This document shows positions 49,551 through 60,110 of a stretch of DNA of 64,000 nt, one piece after another. The DNA is taken from assembly GCA_963783375.1 (NCBI GenBank), contig CAWANH010000003.1, positions 64,001-128,000 on the forward strand, in the 5' to 3' direction. The position numbers were made by a program, and so were the translations under genes. This DNA is from Candidatus Eiseniibacteriota bacterium (lineage in GTDB: Bacteria; Eisenbacteria; RBG-16-71-46; JABDJR01). Each line of letters begins with the position of its first letter. The stretch's first letter is position 1. A model generated the notes under the pieces. That model was given only the letters and a program-made list of their open reading frames with translations. It did not search any database and was not told where the DNA came from.

Positions 49551-50590
49551 GCGTTTACCTCCCACACGTCCCCCGCGTTCAACAATGCCTCCAGATCCCC
49601 TTCGCCCCGCTCCTCCCGCACCCGCTTGACCTGGTCCCACAGGTTCTTCTCCAGGGTCGGAACCGTTACGTCCCGGAACACCCCGATCGGCACCGGGAAC
49701 TCCGGAGGCTCCAGCCGGCTGAGTGCGAAGGCCAGGGTGGGGTTGGGATCGTGGGTATCGTGGACCACCAGGTCCGACTGCTCGAACCCTTCGCCGAGGG
49801 TCACCGTCTCGTAGCGGGTGCCGGTCCACCGGAGCCCCTTGTCCTTGTGGGCGCCGAAGAGGACCGGCTTTCCGTGCTCCAGTTCCAGGTTGGTCTCGTC
49901 CCGAACCCCCCGTTCGGTGAAGCTCTCGAATGCCTTGTCGTTGAAAATGTTGCAGTTCTGGTAGATCTCCACGAACGCGGTCCCCGGGTGCGCCGCCGCG
50001 GCCTTCAAGACCCCCATCAGATGCTTCTGGTACACGTCCACCGAGCGCGCCACGAAGGTGCACTCGGCCCCCAGAGCCAGGCTCAACGGGTTGAGCGGCC
50101 GGTCCACCGACCCGAACGGAGTGGACTTGGTCCGCTTTCCGATTTCCGAGGTGGGCGAGTACTGGCCCTTGGTGAGGCCGTAGATGCGATTGTTGAACAT
50201 GAGGATCTTGAGCCCCACGTTTCGCCGCATGGCGTGGATCAGGTGGTTCCCCCCGATGGAGAGCGCGTCCCCGTCTCCGGTAACCACCCAGACGTCCAGG
50301 TTGGGATTGGACAGCTTCACCCCGGTGGCCACCGCCGGCGCCCTTCCGTGGATGGTGTGGAAACCGTAGGTGTTCATGTAGTAGGGGAAGCGACTGGAGC
50401 AGCCGATCCCTGAGATCACCACGAAGTTCTCCTTCGGGATCCCGAGCTGCGGGAAGATGGACTGCACCGCGTTCAGGATCGCGTAGTCCCCGCAGCCGGG
50501 ACACCAACGGACCTCCTGATCGGTCTGGAAGTCCTTCTTGGAAAGCGCGGCGCCGCCGGGCGGAAGCGCCTTGCCGGGGGATGTGCTCAT
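49547..50590 (-). CDS. korB: 2-oxoacid:ferredoxin oxidoreductase beta subunit
   Basis: [48 protein letters not shown]. Confidence 0.95.
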   Translation of the reverse strand: MSTSPGKALPPGGAALSKKDFQTDQEVRWCPGCGDYAILNAVQSIFPQLGIPKENFVVISGIGCSSRFPYYMNTYGFHTIHGRAPAVATGVKLSNPNLDVWVVTGDGDALSIGGNHLIHAMRRNVGLKILMFNNRIYGLTKGQYSPTSEIGKRTKSTPFGSVDRPLNPLSLALGAECTFVARSVDVYQKHLMGVLKAAAAHPGTAFVEIYQNCNIFNDKAFESFTERGVRDETNLELEHGKPVLFGAHKDKGLRWTGTRYETVTLGEGFEQSDLVVHDTHDPNPTLAFALSRLEPPEFPVPIGVFRDVTVPTLEKNLWDQVKRVREERGEGDLEALLNAGDVWEVNA

Positions 50591-52449
50591 GATCTCGCCT
50601 CCAGGAGCGTCTCGACCCGCCCCATGATCTCGTTCACGGTGAACGGCTTTCCCTGGACCTTGTTGAGGCCGACGGCGTCCACCAGGTACTTCGCCCGGAT
50701 GAGCAGGAGGAGCTGGCCGGAGTTCATCTCCGGCACCAGCACCGTCCGGTAGCGGGCCATCACCGCGGGTAGGTCTTCGGGCAAGGGGTTCAGGTACCGC
50801 AGGTGGGCGTGGGCCACGTCCAGCCCCCGCGTGCGAGCCTCCTCCACCGCGCCGCGTATCGCCCCGTAGGTACTCCCCCAGCCTAGCACCAGGAGCTCGC
50901 CCTTCTCCGGGCCGAAGACCTCGATGGGCGGGATCTCGCGGGCCACCCGGGCCACCTTCTCGGCCCGCGTCCAGACCATGTGTTCGTGATTGTCGGCGTC
51001 ATAGGAGACGTTCCCGGTGATGTCGCTCTTCTCGAGACCTCCGATCCGGTGCTCCAGGCCGGGGGTGCCGGGAGTGGCCCAGGGTCGGGCCAGCGTTTCG
51101 GGGTTCCGCTCGTAGGGAAGGAAACCGCCGTCGGTGCGGCCGGGTGCGAACTTGATTTCGATCCGGGGCAGGTCATCCACCGGGGGAATCCGGAACGGTT
51201 CCGCGCCGCTGGCCAGGTAGCCGTCGGTGAGAAGAATGACCGGAGTCATGTACGTGACCGCGATCCGCGCCGCCTCGAACGCCACCCAGAAACAATCCCC
51301 GGCGGTGGACGCGGCCAGGATGGGAAGCGGCGACTCGGAGTGGCGGCCGAACATCGCCTGGAGGAGATCCGCCTGCTCGGGCTTGGTGGGAAGGCCCGTG
51401 CTCGGCCCCCCCCGCTGTACGTTCACCACCACCAGGGGAAGCTCGGTCATGACCGCGAGGCCCAGCGCCTCGCCCTTCAGGGCCATACCCGGACCGCTGG
51501 TCGTGGTCAGGGCCAGGGACCCGGCAAAAGCCGCCCCGATGGCCGCGGTGACCGCCGCGATCTCGTCTTCGGCCTGGAAGGTCACGACCCCGTAGTTCTT
51601 GTAGCGGCTCAGCTCGTGCAGGATGTCGCTGGCCGGGGTGATGGGGTAGGAGCCCTGGAACAGGGTGAGCCCGGCCCGGCGGGCCGCGCAGATGAGGCCC
51701 ATGGCCAGGGCGCCGTTCCCGGAGACGCTCCGGTACTTCCCCGGAGTCATTCGGGCCGGGGGAACCTCATAGGTGGACTGGAAGAGCTGGATCGCCCCCG
51801 CGTACTCCATCCCGCCCTTCAGGGCCAGCTTGTTGGCATCGACCAGATCGGGACGGGACATGAACCGGCGCTCCACCCACTTGACGGTGATGTCGGGGGA
51901 GCGGTTGTAGAGCCAGTACATGATGCCCAGAGCGAAGAAGTTCTTGCAGCGGTCCTTCTCCTTGGCCGAAAGCTGGGTGGCGTCCAGGGACTTCCGGGTG
52001 AGGTCGGTGAGGGGAACGGGGATCACCCGGTAAGCGTCGAGGGTGTGGTCCTCCAGCGGATTTGCCGCGTAGCCCACCCGCTCCAGGTTCCGCTGGGTGA
52101 AGGCGTCGGTGTTCACGATCAGGATGCCGTTGGGTTTCAGGTCGCGGACGTTCAGCTTGAGGGCGGCCGGGTTCATGGCCACCAGCACGTCCGGCTCCCC
52201 CCCGGGGGTATGAATGTCGTGGCTCGAGAAACGGATCTGGAACCCCGAAACCCCGGGCAAGGTCCCCGCGGGGGCGCGGATTTCCGCCGGAAAATCGGGG
52301 AGGGTGGCCAGGTCGTTTCCGGCGATGGCGGTGGTGTTCGAGAACTGGGTCCCGGTGAGCTGCATGCCGTCGCCGGAGTCCCCGGCGAACCGGATCACCA
52401 CGTCCTCGATCTGTACCCGTTCAGCGTTGTCGGCGGTCTTGGATTCCAT
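50587..52449 (-). CDS. korA: 2-oxoacid:ferredoxin oxidoreductase alpha subunit (gamma-alpha fusion)
   Basis: [62 protein letters not shown]. Confidence 0.95.
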   Translation of the reverse strand: MESKTADNAERVQIEDVVIRFAGDSGDGMQLTGTQFSNTTAIAGNDLATLPDFPAEIRAPAGTLPGVSGFQIRFSSHDIHTPGGEPDVLVAMNPAALKLNVRDLKPNGILIVNTDAFTQRNLERVGYAANPLEDHTLDAYRVIPVPLTDLTRKSLDATQLSAKEKDRCKNFFALGIMYWLYNRSPDITVKWVERRFMSRPDLVDANKLALKGGMEYAGAIQLFQSTYEVPPARMTPGKYRSVSGNGALAMGLICAARRAGLTLFQGSYPITPASDILHELSRYKNYGVVTFQAEDEIAAVTAAIGAAFAGSLALTTTSGPGMALKGEALGLAVMTELPLVVVNVQRGGPSTGLPTKPEQADLLQAMFGRHSESPLPILAASTAGDCFWVAFEAARIAVTYMTPVILLTDGYLASGAEPFRIPPVDDLPRIEIKFAPGRTDGGFLPYERNPETLARPWATPGTPGLEHRIGGLEKSDITGNVSYDADNHEHMVWTRAEKVARVAREIPPIEVFGPEKGELLVLGWGSTYGAIRGAVEEARTRGLDVAHAHLRYLNPLPEDLPAVMARYRTVLVPEMNSGQLLLLIRAKYLVDAVGLNKVQGKPFTVNEIMGRVETLLEARS

Positions 52450-52671
52450 AACTCCCACTCAACGTGTGATTTGACTGGGGACCGGAGGGAGACGCCGGCG
52501 AGAGGCTCGCGGCGACGCGGATCGGCTTCGCAGTATCCCCCAACCCATCGTCCGGAACAACCGGGAATGTTAGCATAGCCTGCGTAGCGGGTTACCCTGT
52601 CGGCGGGCCGGACGGGGGGTGGTGAAGGCGGGGCCGCGGAGGCGGCTCGTCGGGGGCGCGGACGCCCGGAG

Positions 52672-53484
52672 TCAGCCTTCCAGTATCCGCCCCAGACGGC
52701 GGGCGTGTGCGCGCACCGAGGCTCCGGGGTGATCCTCGTAGTCCCGGCTCACCCGCAAGAGCCGCCGGCGCTGTCGATCCGTCCCTCTCCCCGACTCGAA
52801 CCAGAGCCCCACCTGCTGCTCGGTCTGGCGCGCCACCGCGTTGGCCGCCGACGCCCCCCCGTCCAGCCACCGGGCGATCTCATCCATGGCCTGGTCGGGG
52901 TGCCGGGGGTACAGGTTCTGGCCGAGAACGTGCCCGAGGAGCCGCCGCACCCGGATGTGGCGCTCCCCCCGGAAGAGCCGGAGCACCTTGAGGGCGGAAC
53001 GGGGGTCGCTGCGGGCCGGGACCTCGAGACCGTGAAGGGCGGCCCATCGCCGCCACGGATCCCGGTGGGTCAACCACGGGGCCATGAGCCGGAACATGTC
53101 CCGCGGGTGACGGGACCACATCCAGTACAGCTCCTCCATGATCGGCACCCAGGGTTTCCGGCCGGGAAGGGCGGCCACCCGCCCCATCTCCCGGACGAAG
53201 GCCCGGGGATCATCGTCATGGAGGTAGGCCCGGGCGTAGAGGGTCACGGTGCGGAGCGAAAAGCGGCGGTCGTCCTCGTAGATCTCGAGGAACTCGTCCG
53301 CAGCCTCGCGGCGGGAATGCCCACATCTCGCCAGGGCATAGCCCACTGCGTTCAAGTGGCTGAGGTCTTCACCCGAGCAGAGCCTCAAGAGCCGCCGGCG
53401 CGCTTCGGGATCGGGCCATTCGTGCAACGAGGCGACTACGATCCTCTTGACGACATCCGGCGCGGGACGGGAGTCCGAACTCAC
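52672..53484 (-). CDS. Helical-repeat hypothetical protein (HEAT/AlkD-like)
   Basis: WLTHRDPWRRWAAL and ERHIRVRRLLGHVL resemble HEAT-type repeats. Confidence 0.5.
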   Translation of the reverse strand: MSSDSRPAPDVVKRIVVASLHEWPDPEARRRLLRLCSGEDLSHLNAVGYALARCGHSRREAADEFLEIYEDDRRFSLRTVTLYARAYLHDDDPRAFVREMGRVAALPGRKPWVPIMEELYWMWSRHPRDMFRLMAPWLTHRDPWRRWAALHGLEVPARSDPRSALKVLRLFRGERHIRVRRLLGHVLGQNLYPRHPDQAMDEIARWLDGGASAANAVARQTEQQVGLWFESGRGTDRQRRRLLRVSRDYEDHPGASVRAHARRLGRILEG

Positions 53485-53591
53485 ACCGTTCCTCCTCCGC
53501 GGACACGACTCAACTGCGTCGCTTCGACGCGATCATAGGTGGACCCCGTCAAGAAACGCCAGAGCAAATTGAATCCGGGGCGACAGACGAA

Positions 53592-53618
53592 GACCCCCGC
53601 GCCAGCGGCGCGGGGGTC
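53592..53618 (-). terminator. Hairpin after the secreted-protein pair
   Basis: GACCCCCGCGCC-AGC-GGCGCGGGGGTC, 12-bp stem about 26 bp after the stop. Confidence 0.55.
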
Positions 53619-53644
53619 CCCGGAATCCGGAGCGGACCGGAAGG

Positions 53645-54343
53645 TCAGTCGTACTTCTGCTTGATCAGGCTCCAGGACGACTTCTCCACCGGCACCGGCT
53701 CGCTCACGTCGAGCTTGGTGTCGGAGGCGGCGAAATAGCCCTGCTGCTGCTGCTGGGTGGGCGGAATGGTCGGGCAGGTGGTGAAGGCCCCGGTGTTGAT
53801 GCCGAGATACCCCACACCGGCGTCGCTCACCCGGCTGAACAGCGTCCCTCCGGTGAACTGGAAGTCCGCGTTCTGGTTCCCCGAGCAGGCCCCCGTCGAT
53901 CTCACGTTGGTGTGGAAGCCGGAGAACGCGCCGGTGAGGATCTGGGTCCCGTCGGTGAAGGTGGACATGTCGGCGTAGTCGGCGTTCGGCGTGCTGTCGC
54001 AGTAGACCGCGAAAAACCCGCCGCTGTAGCTCGTCAGCAGGTACGGTCCATTCGGCGACGTGCCCCCGGAAACGAGGCCGCTCATGATGTAGGTGTACTC
54101 GACCGCCGGGTCATGGGCGTCCAGGTCCGCGAACGGAGTGTCGAACAGGTCCACGAAGCCCACGATGGTCAGGGTGTCGCCCGGGGTGGAGGTCAGATCG
54201 CCCGCCGTCCGGCCGTCCTCCTTGGCGTAGCTGACCCCGAAGTCGATCACCGGGCTGGGGAACGCGGCCAGCGCCGCCGAAGCCGGAACGGCGAGCGCGG
54301 CCACGAGCAGGACGAAAAGGGGGATTCGGTAGCTCGTGTTCAT
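53645..54343 (-). CDS. Secreted acidic beta-rich protein with C-terminal SWxxIKxxY motif
   Basis: Signal peptide (..ASAALA); ends SEPVPVEKSSWSLIKQKYD; GAGG RBS. Confidence 0.8.
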   Translation of the reverse strand: MNTSYRIPLFVLLVAALAVPASAALAAFPSPVIDFGVSYAKEDGRTAGDLTSTPGDTLTIVGFVDLFDTPFADLDAHDPAVEYTYIMSGLVSGGTSPNGPYLLTSYSGGFFAVYCDSTPNADYADMSTFTDGTQILTGAFSGFHTNVRSTGACSGNQNADFQFTGGTLFSRVSDAGVGYLGINTGAFTTCPTIPPTQQQQQGYFAASDTKLDVSEPVPVEKSSWSLIKQKYD

Positions 54344-54345
54344 GG

Positions 54346-55020
54346 TTATTCCCCTCCTCCATACTGTTGCTTCAGCTTGCCCCAGGAGGATTTCTCGGTG
54401 GGCGTCGGCTCGCTGATGTAGATGCTCCCGTCGATCTGCCAACTGTATCCCATCGGCATTCCGGGCGTATTGTCCCGCAGGCCGGCCAGGGTCCAGCCCG
54501 ATCGCTGGGAAGGAGGGATGTTGGCGAGCTGGGTGCCCCGGGTCAGGTTCACCATTCCGCTCAGGTCGGCCTCGCCGGTCGTGAGATCCCAGAAGATCTC
54601 CATCTGGGAAAGATCCCCGCCGATCACGCACTCGCCGTCCTGGAAGGTCGAGGGGGCGGTGGCGTTGGGCGGGTTGACCCCGTAGTCGGCGGCGGTGCCA
54701 CCGGCGAGGGAGTCGCAGTACACGTTGAACTCGCCGCCGGAGAAGGTGATGGTCTTGAACCCGGGATAGGTCGTGCTGTCCACGTTCGCCACGCACAGGC
54801 TGTCCAGGAAGAACGTGTACTCGTTGGTCCCGTAGTCGAAGTTCAGATAGCTCGAGTTGACCGACGGCACGTAGCCGACCGCGTTGTAGCAGTCGGCCGG
54901 CCACCAGTAGTCGAAGCCGACGTAGCTCAGCAGCGGTATGTCCGCCCAGGCCACGGCGACGACCAGTACGACGAGAGCCGCCACGATGAGGGCGGCCCCG
55001 CGGTATCTCAAGGTCTTCAT
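54346..55020 (-). CDS. Secreted acidic beta-rich protein with C-terminal SWGxLKxxY motif, paralogue of its neighbour
   Basis: Signal peptide (..AVAWA); shares EYT, SGGxFxVYCDS and STFxDG with the neighbour; ends SEPTPTEKSSWGKLKQQYGGGE; AAGGAGG RBS. Confidence 0.8.
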   Translation of the reverse strand: MKTLRYRGAALIVAALVVLVVAVAWADIPLLSYVGFDYWWPADCYNAVGYVPSVNSSYLNFDYGTNEYTFFLDSLCVANVDSTTYPGFKTITFSGGEFNVYCDSLAGGTAADYGVNPPNATAPSTFQDGECVIGGDLSQMEIFWDLTTGEADLSGMVNLTRGTQLANIPPSQRSGWTLAGLRDNTPGMPMGYSWQIDGSIYISEPTPTEKSSWGKLKQQYGGGE

Positions 55021-55177
55021 GCTGACCTCCTTGTTCGCGAGCAGGCAGGGTATCGCGGTAACTGCAGGTGAGGCGGGGGGCGGCGCCCAACCCGCTACGA
55101 TTCGAGCAAAAGTGTCAACCAACCCGACAGCTTGCAGTCTACGGGGGCGTGCCGGCCAAGTCAATCATCGAGTGGAA

Positions 55178-55198
55178 TTGCAAACACTTCATTTGCAA
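55178..55198. promoter_or_regulatory. Palindromic operator candidate upstream of the secreted pair
   Basis: TTGCAAA-N7-TTTGCAA in an AT-rich intergenic patch. Confidence 0.45.
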
Positions 55199-55244
55199 AA
55201 CAACGCGCAACCGCGAGACGGATCGGAAATCGAGGGGAGGCCGG

Positions 55245-56198
55245 TCAGATTGCGGACTCCCCCGCCGGGAAAGCGGCCTCGAGCTCCTTGAGGTCGCCGC
55301 CCGCCAGGCGGAATCCGGACGCCTTCGCGTTTTCCATGACCTGCTCCGGACGCGTGGCTCCGATGATCGCCGAGGAGACCGTCTCCTCCCGAAGCACCCA
55401 GGCCAGGGCGACCTGGGCCGGGGTCTTGCCCCTGCGTTTGGCGATCTTCTCCACCGCCGATACTCTGGCCGCCGCCTCCATCCACTTCCCCATGAACTTG
55501 GCCCCCTCGGTGGTAACGCGGCTTCCCGCGGGCTTCTTTCCCCCACGGTACTTGGCGGTGAGCACTCCCTGGGCCAGGGGGCTGTATACGATGAGCCCGA
55601 TCCCCTCGGTTCGGCACCGCGGCACCAGAGCCGCCTCCACCCTGCGGTCGAGAAGATTGTAGGCGGGCTGGTGGGACACGATCCGTTCCCAACCGTTCCG
55701 CTCGCAGATGCGCATGCACTCCACCGTCTGCTCGGTGGAGAAGTTCGAGACCCCGATGTAGCGCGTCTTGCCCTGACGGACGAGGTCATTGAAGGTGGAA
55801 AGGGTCTCTTCGAGGGGCGTCTCGCCGTCGGGGGCGTGCGCCTGGTAGAGATCCACGTAGTCCATCCCCAGCCGCCGGAGGCTCGCATCCATGGCGTCCA
55901 TCACGTGCTTGCGGGAAAGCCCGGCCCCGAGCGGCCCCTCCCAGACCCGTCCCATGACCTTGGTGGCCACCACCAGCTCGTGCCGGGGGAGTTCGGAGAG
56001 CGCCTTTCCCAGGGCGATCTCGGCATCGCCGCGGCTGTAGACGTCGGCGGTGTCGAAGAAGTTGATCCCGAGATCCCAGGCCTTCCACACCACTTTCCTC
56101 GAGGCGTCGGTGTCCACCGTGCCCCCGAGGGTCAACCACGACCCGAGGGAGACCTCGCTCACCTTCATTCCCGACCGTCCCAGGCGCCGATATTTCAT
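55245..56198 (-). CDS. Aldo/keto reductase (Kv-beta-like)
   Basis: MKYRRLGRSGMKVSEVSLGSW, GINFFDTADVY, DYVDLYQAH, YSPLAQG. Confidence 0.95.
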   Translation of the reverse strand: MKYRRLGRSGMKVSEVSLGSWLTLGGTVDTDASRKVVWKAWDLGINFFDTADVYSRGDAEIALGKALSELPRHELVVATKVMGRVWEGPLGAGLSRKHVMDAMDASLRRLGMDYVDLYQAHAPDGETPLEETLSTFNDLVRQGKTRYIGVSNFSTEQTVECMRICERNGWERIVSHQPAYNLLDRRVEAALVPRCRTEGIGLIVYSPLAQGVLTAKYRGGKKPAGSRVTTEGAKFMGKWMEAAARVSAVEKIAKRRGKTPAQVALAWVLREETVSSAIIGATRPEQVMENAKASGFRLAGGDLKELEAAFPAGESAI

Positions 56199-56351
56199 GA
56201 CCGGTTCTCCTCGTGGGGGCGTTTTCGACCGCAAATCAGAAAGGCAACCGGAGGAGTCTAAGGGGCGGGCGGGAGCCCTCACAACCCGGGTCGGGCGGAA
56301 TCCCGCGTCCTCCGTCGCTCCGGCTCCGTGCCGCCTCCCGAAGGATCCGGA

Positions 56352-57606
56352 TCAGCGGGCCACGAGCCGGATCACCTCGTAGATACCCGCCGCGAAGAGC
56401 GCGGTGAAGGGCACGGTGAAGATCCAGGACGAGACGATGTCGCGAAGCATGCGCAGGTTCAGGGCGGCCATGCCTCGGGCCATCCCCACCCCCACCACCG
56501 AGCCGACCAGGACGTGGGTGGTGGAGATCGGCATGCCCAGCCGCGAGCCGATGATGATGGTGCAGGCCGCGGCCAGCTCCGCGCTGAACCCACGGGTCGG
56601 GGTGAGCTCGGTGATCCGGGAGCCGATGGTGTAGATGACCTTGTACCCCCAGGTGGCCAGCCCCACCACGATCCCTCCGCCGCCGAGCATGAGCACCCAG
56701 AAGGGGACGGGGGCCTTGGCCGCCACCGAACCCTCCCGGAGCGCGTTGATGATGCCGGCCAGGGGGCCCACCGCGTTGGCCACGTCGTTGGATCCGTGGG
56801 CGAAGGCCACCGAGGCCGCGGTCATGATCTGCAGGTAGCGGAAGATCCGCTCCACGAAGAGATACTGGTCGCCCAGCTCGTGGGCTTCCTTGCCCGCCAG
56901 GTAGCGGCGGATGGGAAAGGAAGCCGACAGGGCGAAAACCAGCCCGATCCCGGCGGACAGGGAGATCGCCCCGGTCATGGACAGGTCCAGGTTCAGGTTC
57001 TTGAGACCCTTGTAGAGCACCGAGAGCGCGACAACGAACACGGTGAAGAACACGAAGAAGGGGGCGAGCCGGCGCGCCCGGCGAACCGGACTGTGGGAGT
57101 CGATGATGACCCGGCCGACCAGGAGGAAGAGGAGGTAGCCCAGGAGGCCTCCCAGGATCGGCGATGTGAACCAGGAGATGACGATCTGGACCAGTCTTCC
57201 CCCAGTTCACGACTCCCCATCCGCCGGCCACCACGCCGAACCCCGCCACCGCGCCGACGATGGCATGGGTGGTGGAGACGGGGAGCCCGAGCTTGGTGGA
57301 GATGTGGAGCCAGATCCCCGCGGCGAGGAGGGCGGCCAGCATGCCGTAGACGTAGGCATCTCCGCTGCCGCTGAAGGCGGCGGGGGACACGATCCCCTTC
57401 CGCACCGTCTCGGTGACGTGCGCCCCCACCAGGACCGCCCCGGCCAGCTCGAAGATCCCGGCGACCAGGACCGCCTGCTTCAGGGTGAGCGCCTTGGAGC
57501 CCACGGAGGTTCCCATGGCGTTGGCGACATCGTTTGCCCCGATGTTCCAGGCCATGTAGAAGCCGGCCGTGCCCGCGACCACCGCGACGATCAATTCGAA
57601 CGACAA
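56352..57606 (-). CDS. PiT-family inorganic phosphate transporter; frameshift near 57195
   Basis: GANDVANAMGTSVGS, PVSTTH; second repeat AHGSNDVANAVGP, PISTTH. Confidence 0.93.
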
Positions 57607-57627
57607 ACCAACAGCCCCCCGGCCGGG

Positions 57628-58302
57628 TTACTTGTGCAACATCAGGTGCAGGCGTTTGCCGACGTTCTCGGCGCTGTTGGCCAGATCGCCGAGCTTGTTT
57701 CCGAGCTTGAGCCACATCCAGAGCTCGCCCGCGGTGAGCGCCTTCTCGATGGCGAATACACGGTGGGCGAACTCCCATTGCACCAGGTCGCATTCGTGCT
57801 CGAGCACCCCCAGGTTCTCGATCAGCCCGATCACCTTCTCCGCCTGGGGTCCTGCGAAGGATGCTTCCACCAGCTCGTCGAGCTCGTCCAGGAGCCGGTT
57901 GGCTTCGTCGGGGACGATGGTGGCCTTTTCCACCAGCTTCTGGAGCAGATCGCGGAGGCTGTCCGGAACTTCCAGAGGACGCATGCGAAGGAGGATCCCC
58001 AGGTCCTCGGCCTGGTCGGCGATGGCGTCCTGCACCGCGAGGAGCGCCAGGAGGTCCCTGCGGTCCACCGGCAGGAAGATGCTCTTGGGGAGGTTGGAGC
58101 GAATCTCGTTCTTGATCTCGTCGGCCTCGTGCTCGAGGGTGGAAAGCAGCTTCGAGATCTCCTCGATGCGAACGGTATCGCCGGCCAGGAGCGCGTCGAA
58201 GAGCGGCCTCACCTGGGAGGCGCACTCGTGGACCTTCCGCATGTGGCTCTGCACGGGGCCGAACGGGGACTTGCCGAAGAGCTGAAGGATGGATCTGACC
58301 AT
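57628..58302 (-). CDS. DUF47/TIGR00153 phosphate transport regulator
   Basis: LFGKSPF, EHEADEIK..IR..LPKSIFLPVDRRDL, QDAIAD.AED; directly upstream of PiT. Confidence 0.93.
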   Translation of the reverse strand: MVRSILQLFGKSPFGPVQSHMRKVHECASQVRPLFDALLAGDTVRIEEISKLLSTLEHEADEIKNEIRSNLPKSIFLPVDRRDLLALLAVQDAIADQAEDLGILLRMRPLEVPDSLRDLLQKLVEKATIVPDEANRLLDELDELVEASFAGPQAEKVIGLIENLGVLEHECDLVQWEFAHRVFAIEKALTAGELWMWLKLGNKLGDLANSAENVGKRLHLMLHK

Positions 58303-58486
58303 GGCCTGTCCTTCCGGATGCCGGGGAGATGGAGCGAGGCCGCGCCCGATACGCGACCGTGAGAGGGAATCTCAACGGGGAACGGCCTCCCAGTCAAGCG
58401 GGAAAGGTGGCGGTCGGCTCTCGGCGGTCCGCACCGTCCCCCGAGGCTCCGATCCGCCCCTCTCCAGCCCTCACCGGGCTCGAGAC

Positions 58487-59920
58487 TCAGCTCCCGGGGA
58501 CGGTCGGGTTCACGACCAGGAGCCGGAGCTCGGTCAGGTGCTCGAGGGCGAACCGCGCCCCCTCCCGGCCCAGACCGCTATCCTTGACCCCCCCGTAGGG
58601 CATGTGGTCCACCCGGAAGGTCGGGTAGTCGTTGACCACGACCCCGCCCACCTCCAGGGCGTCCCAGGCCCGCATGGCCTTGGCCAGGTCGGCGGTGAAC
58701 ACCCCGGCTTGAAGGCCGAAGGCGCTGTCGTTGGCGATGCGGAGCGCCTCGTCGAAGTCGGCGTACCGCTCCAGCAGGGCCACCGGACCGAACGCCTCCT
58801 GGCACGAGATCTCGGCCGCGTGGTTCACGTTCTCCAGCACCAGGGGGGCCAGCACCGAGCCCTCGCGACCGCCCCCGGCCAGGGTCCTGGCCCCCGAGCC
58901 TTCCGCGCGCTTCACCCAGTCCTGGATGCGGTCGGCGTCCCCCGCGCTGATGAGAGGACCGGCCACGGTCTCCCGGCGGGCGGGATCCCCGACGTGCACC
59001 GTCTCCTTGACCGCGGTGAGAAACATCTCGCGGAACCGGTCGTAGATCTCCCGGTGGACCAGCACCCGCTGGACGCTGATGCACGACTGCCCCGCGTAGG
59101 CGTAGGCCCCACCGGCCAGCCGCCGGGCCGCAGCCTCGAGATCCGCGTCGGGCTCCACGATCGCCGCGGCGTTCCCGCCCAGCTCCAGGGCCACCCGCTT
59201 CCTCCCCGCCCGGGCCTTGAGCATCCACCCGACTTCCGGGCTCCCGGTGAAGGTGAGGGCCTTCAGGCGATCGTCCTCCACCAGGGGGGCGGCGGTGCGG
59301 GAATCGGCGGGGAGCACCGCCAGGGCCCCCGGAGGGAGCCCCGCGTCCCGGAACGCCTCGGCCAGGAGGAGCGCCGAGAACGGGGTCTGGGACGCGGGCT
59401 TCAGCACCACCGGGCATCCCGCCGCCACCGCGGGGGCGATCTTGTGGGTCACGAGGTTCAGCGGAAAGTTGAAGGGGCTGATCGCGCTCACCGGGCCGAC
59501 GGGAACGCGCTTCAGGAGACCGGTCCGCCCCTCTCCCGGTTCGAAGGCATCCATGGTGAGGATCTCGCCTTCCATCCGCCGCGCGGTCTCCGCGGCGTCG
59601 GTCAGGGTGTCAAGGCAGCGCGCCACCTCGCCCTCCGCGTAGCGGATCGGTTTCCCCGCCTCGCCCACCATGGTCCGCGCGAAGAGATCCCGGCGTTCCC
59701 GAACCCGATCGCGCGTCCCGAGCAGGATCTCCGCCCGCTTGTAGGCCGGCATGCTCCGCATGGTGGGCGCGACCCGGACCGAGGCCGCGATCGCCGCCTC
59801 GACGTCCTCGGAGTCGGCCCTGCCGCACATGCCCACCGTCTGCCCGTCATAGGGGCTCTTCACCGCCTCCGATTGCTTGGTCGGAACGAACTCGCCGTTC
59901 AGAAAGATGCCGTAGTCCAT
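58487..59920 (-). CDS. Non-acylating aldehyde dehydrogenase (GapN/lactaldehyde dehydrogenase-like)
   Basis: ISPFNFPLNL..HK, FTGS, LELGGN, AGQSCISVQR, EAFGP, MPYGGVKDSGLGREG. Confidence 0.95.
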   Translation of the reverse strand: MDYGIFLNGEFVPTKQSEAVKSPYDGQTVGMCGRADSEDVEAAIAASVRVAPTMRSMPAYKRAEILLGTRDRVRERRDLFARTMVGEAGKPIRYAEGEVARCLDTLTDAAETARRMEGEILTMDAFEPGEGRTGLLKRVPVGPVSAISPFNFPLNLVTHKIAPAVAAGCPVVLKPASQTPFSALLLAEAFRDAGLPPGALAVLPADSRTAAPLVEDDRLKALTFTGSPEVGWMLKARAGRKRVALELGGNAAAIVEPDADLEAAARRLAGGAYAYAGQSCISVQRVLVHREIYDRFREMFLTAVKETVHVGDPARRETVAGPLISAGDADRIQDWVKRAEGSGARTLAGGGREGSVLAPLVLENVNHAAEISCQEAFGPVALLERYADFDEALRIANDSAFGLQAGVFTADLAKAMRAWDALEVGGVVVNDYPTFRVDHMPYGGVKDSGLGREGARFALEHLTELRLLVVNPTVPGS

Positions 59921-60110
59921 GTTGATCTCCTCCTCGAATTCTCATTGTAGACCACGGAGCGGACCGCGTTCAGGGGGAGGCCGGGAATGCCGTCTCGGCT
60001 TGGCATCCGTCCGCGTCGGGGGTAGCCTCGGCCCACCCGGGTCCACCCGGCCCGATTCGAGGAGGCGGATTCCCCCGCGCCCGTTCACACCCGAGCGATG
60101 GAGGCAAAGC

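Noticed and set aside
6987-53484. tag, mutY, AlkD-like and dprA as a DNA-salvage module feeding the BMC
   Set aside because: Scattered, on different strands and common housekeeping genes; no operon or motif links them
58487-59920. Second aldehyde dehydrogenase as BMC cargo
   Set aside because: Non-acylating family (ELGGN, MPYGG), no N-terminal peptide, and distant
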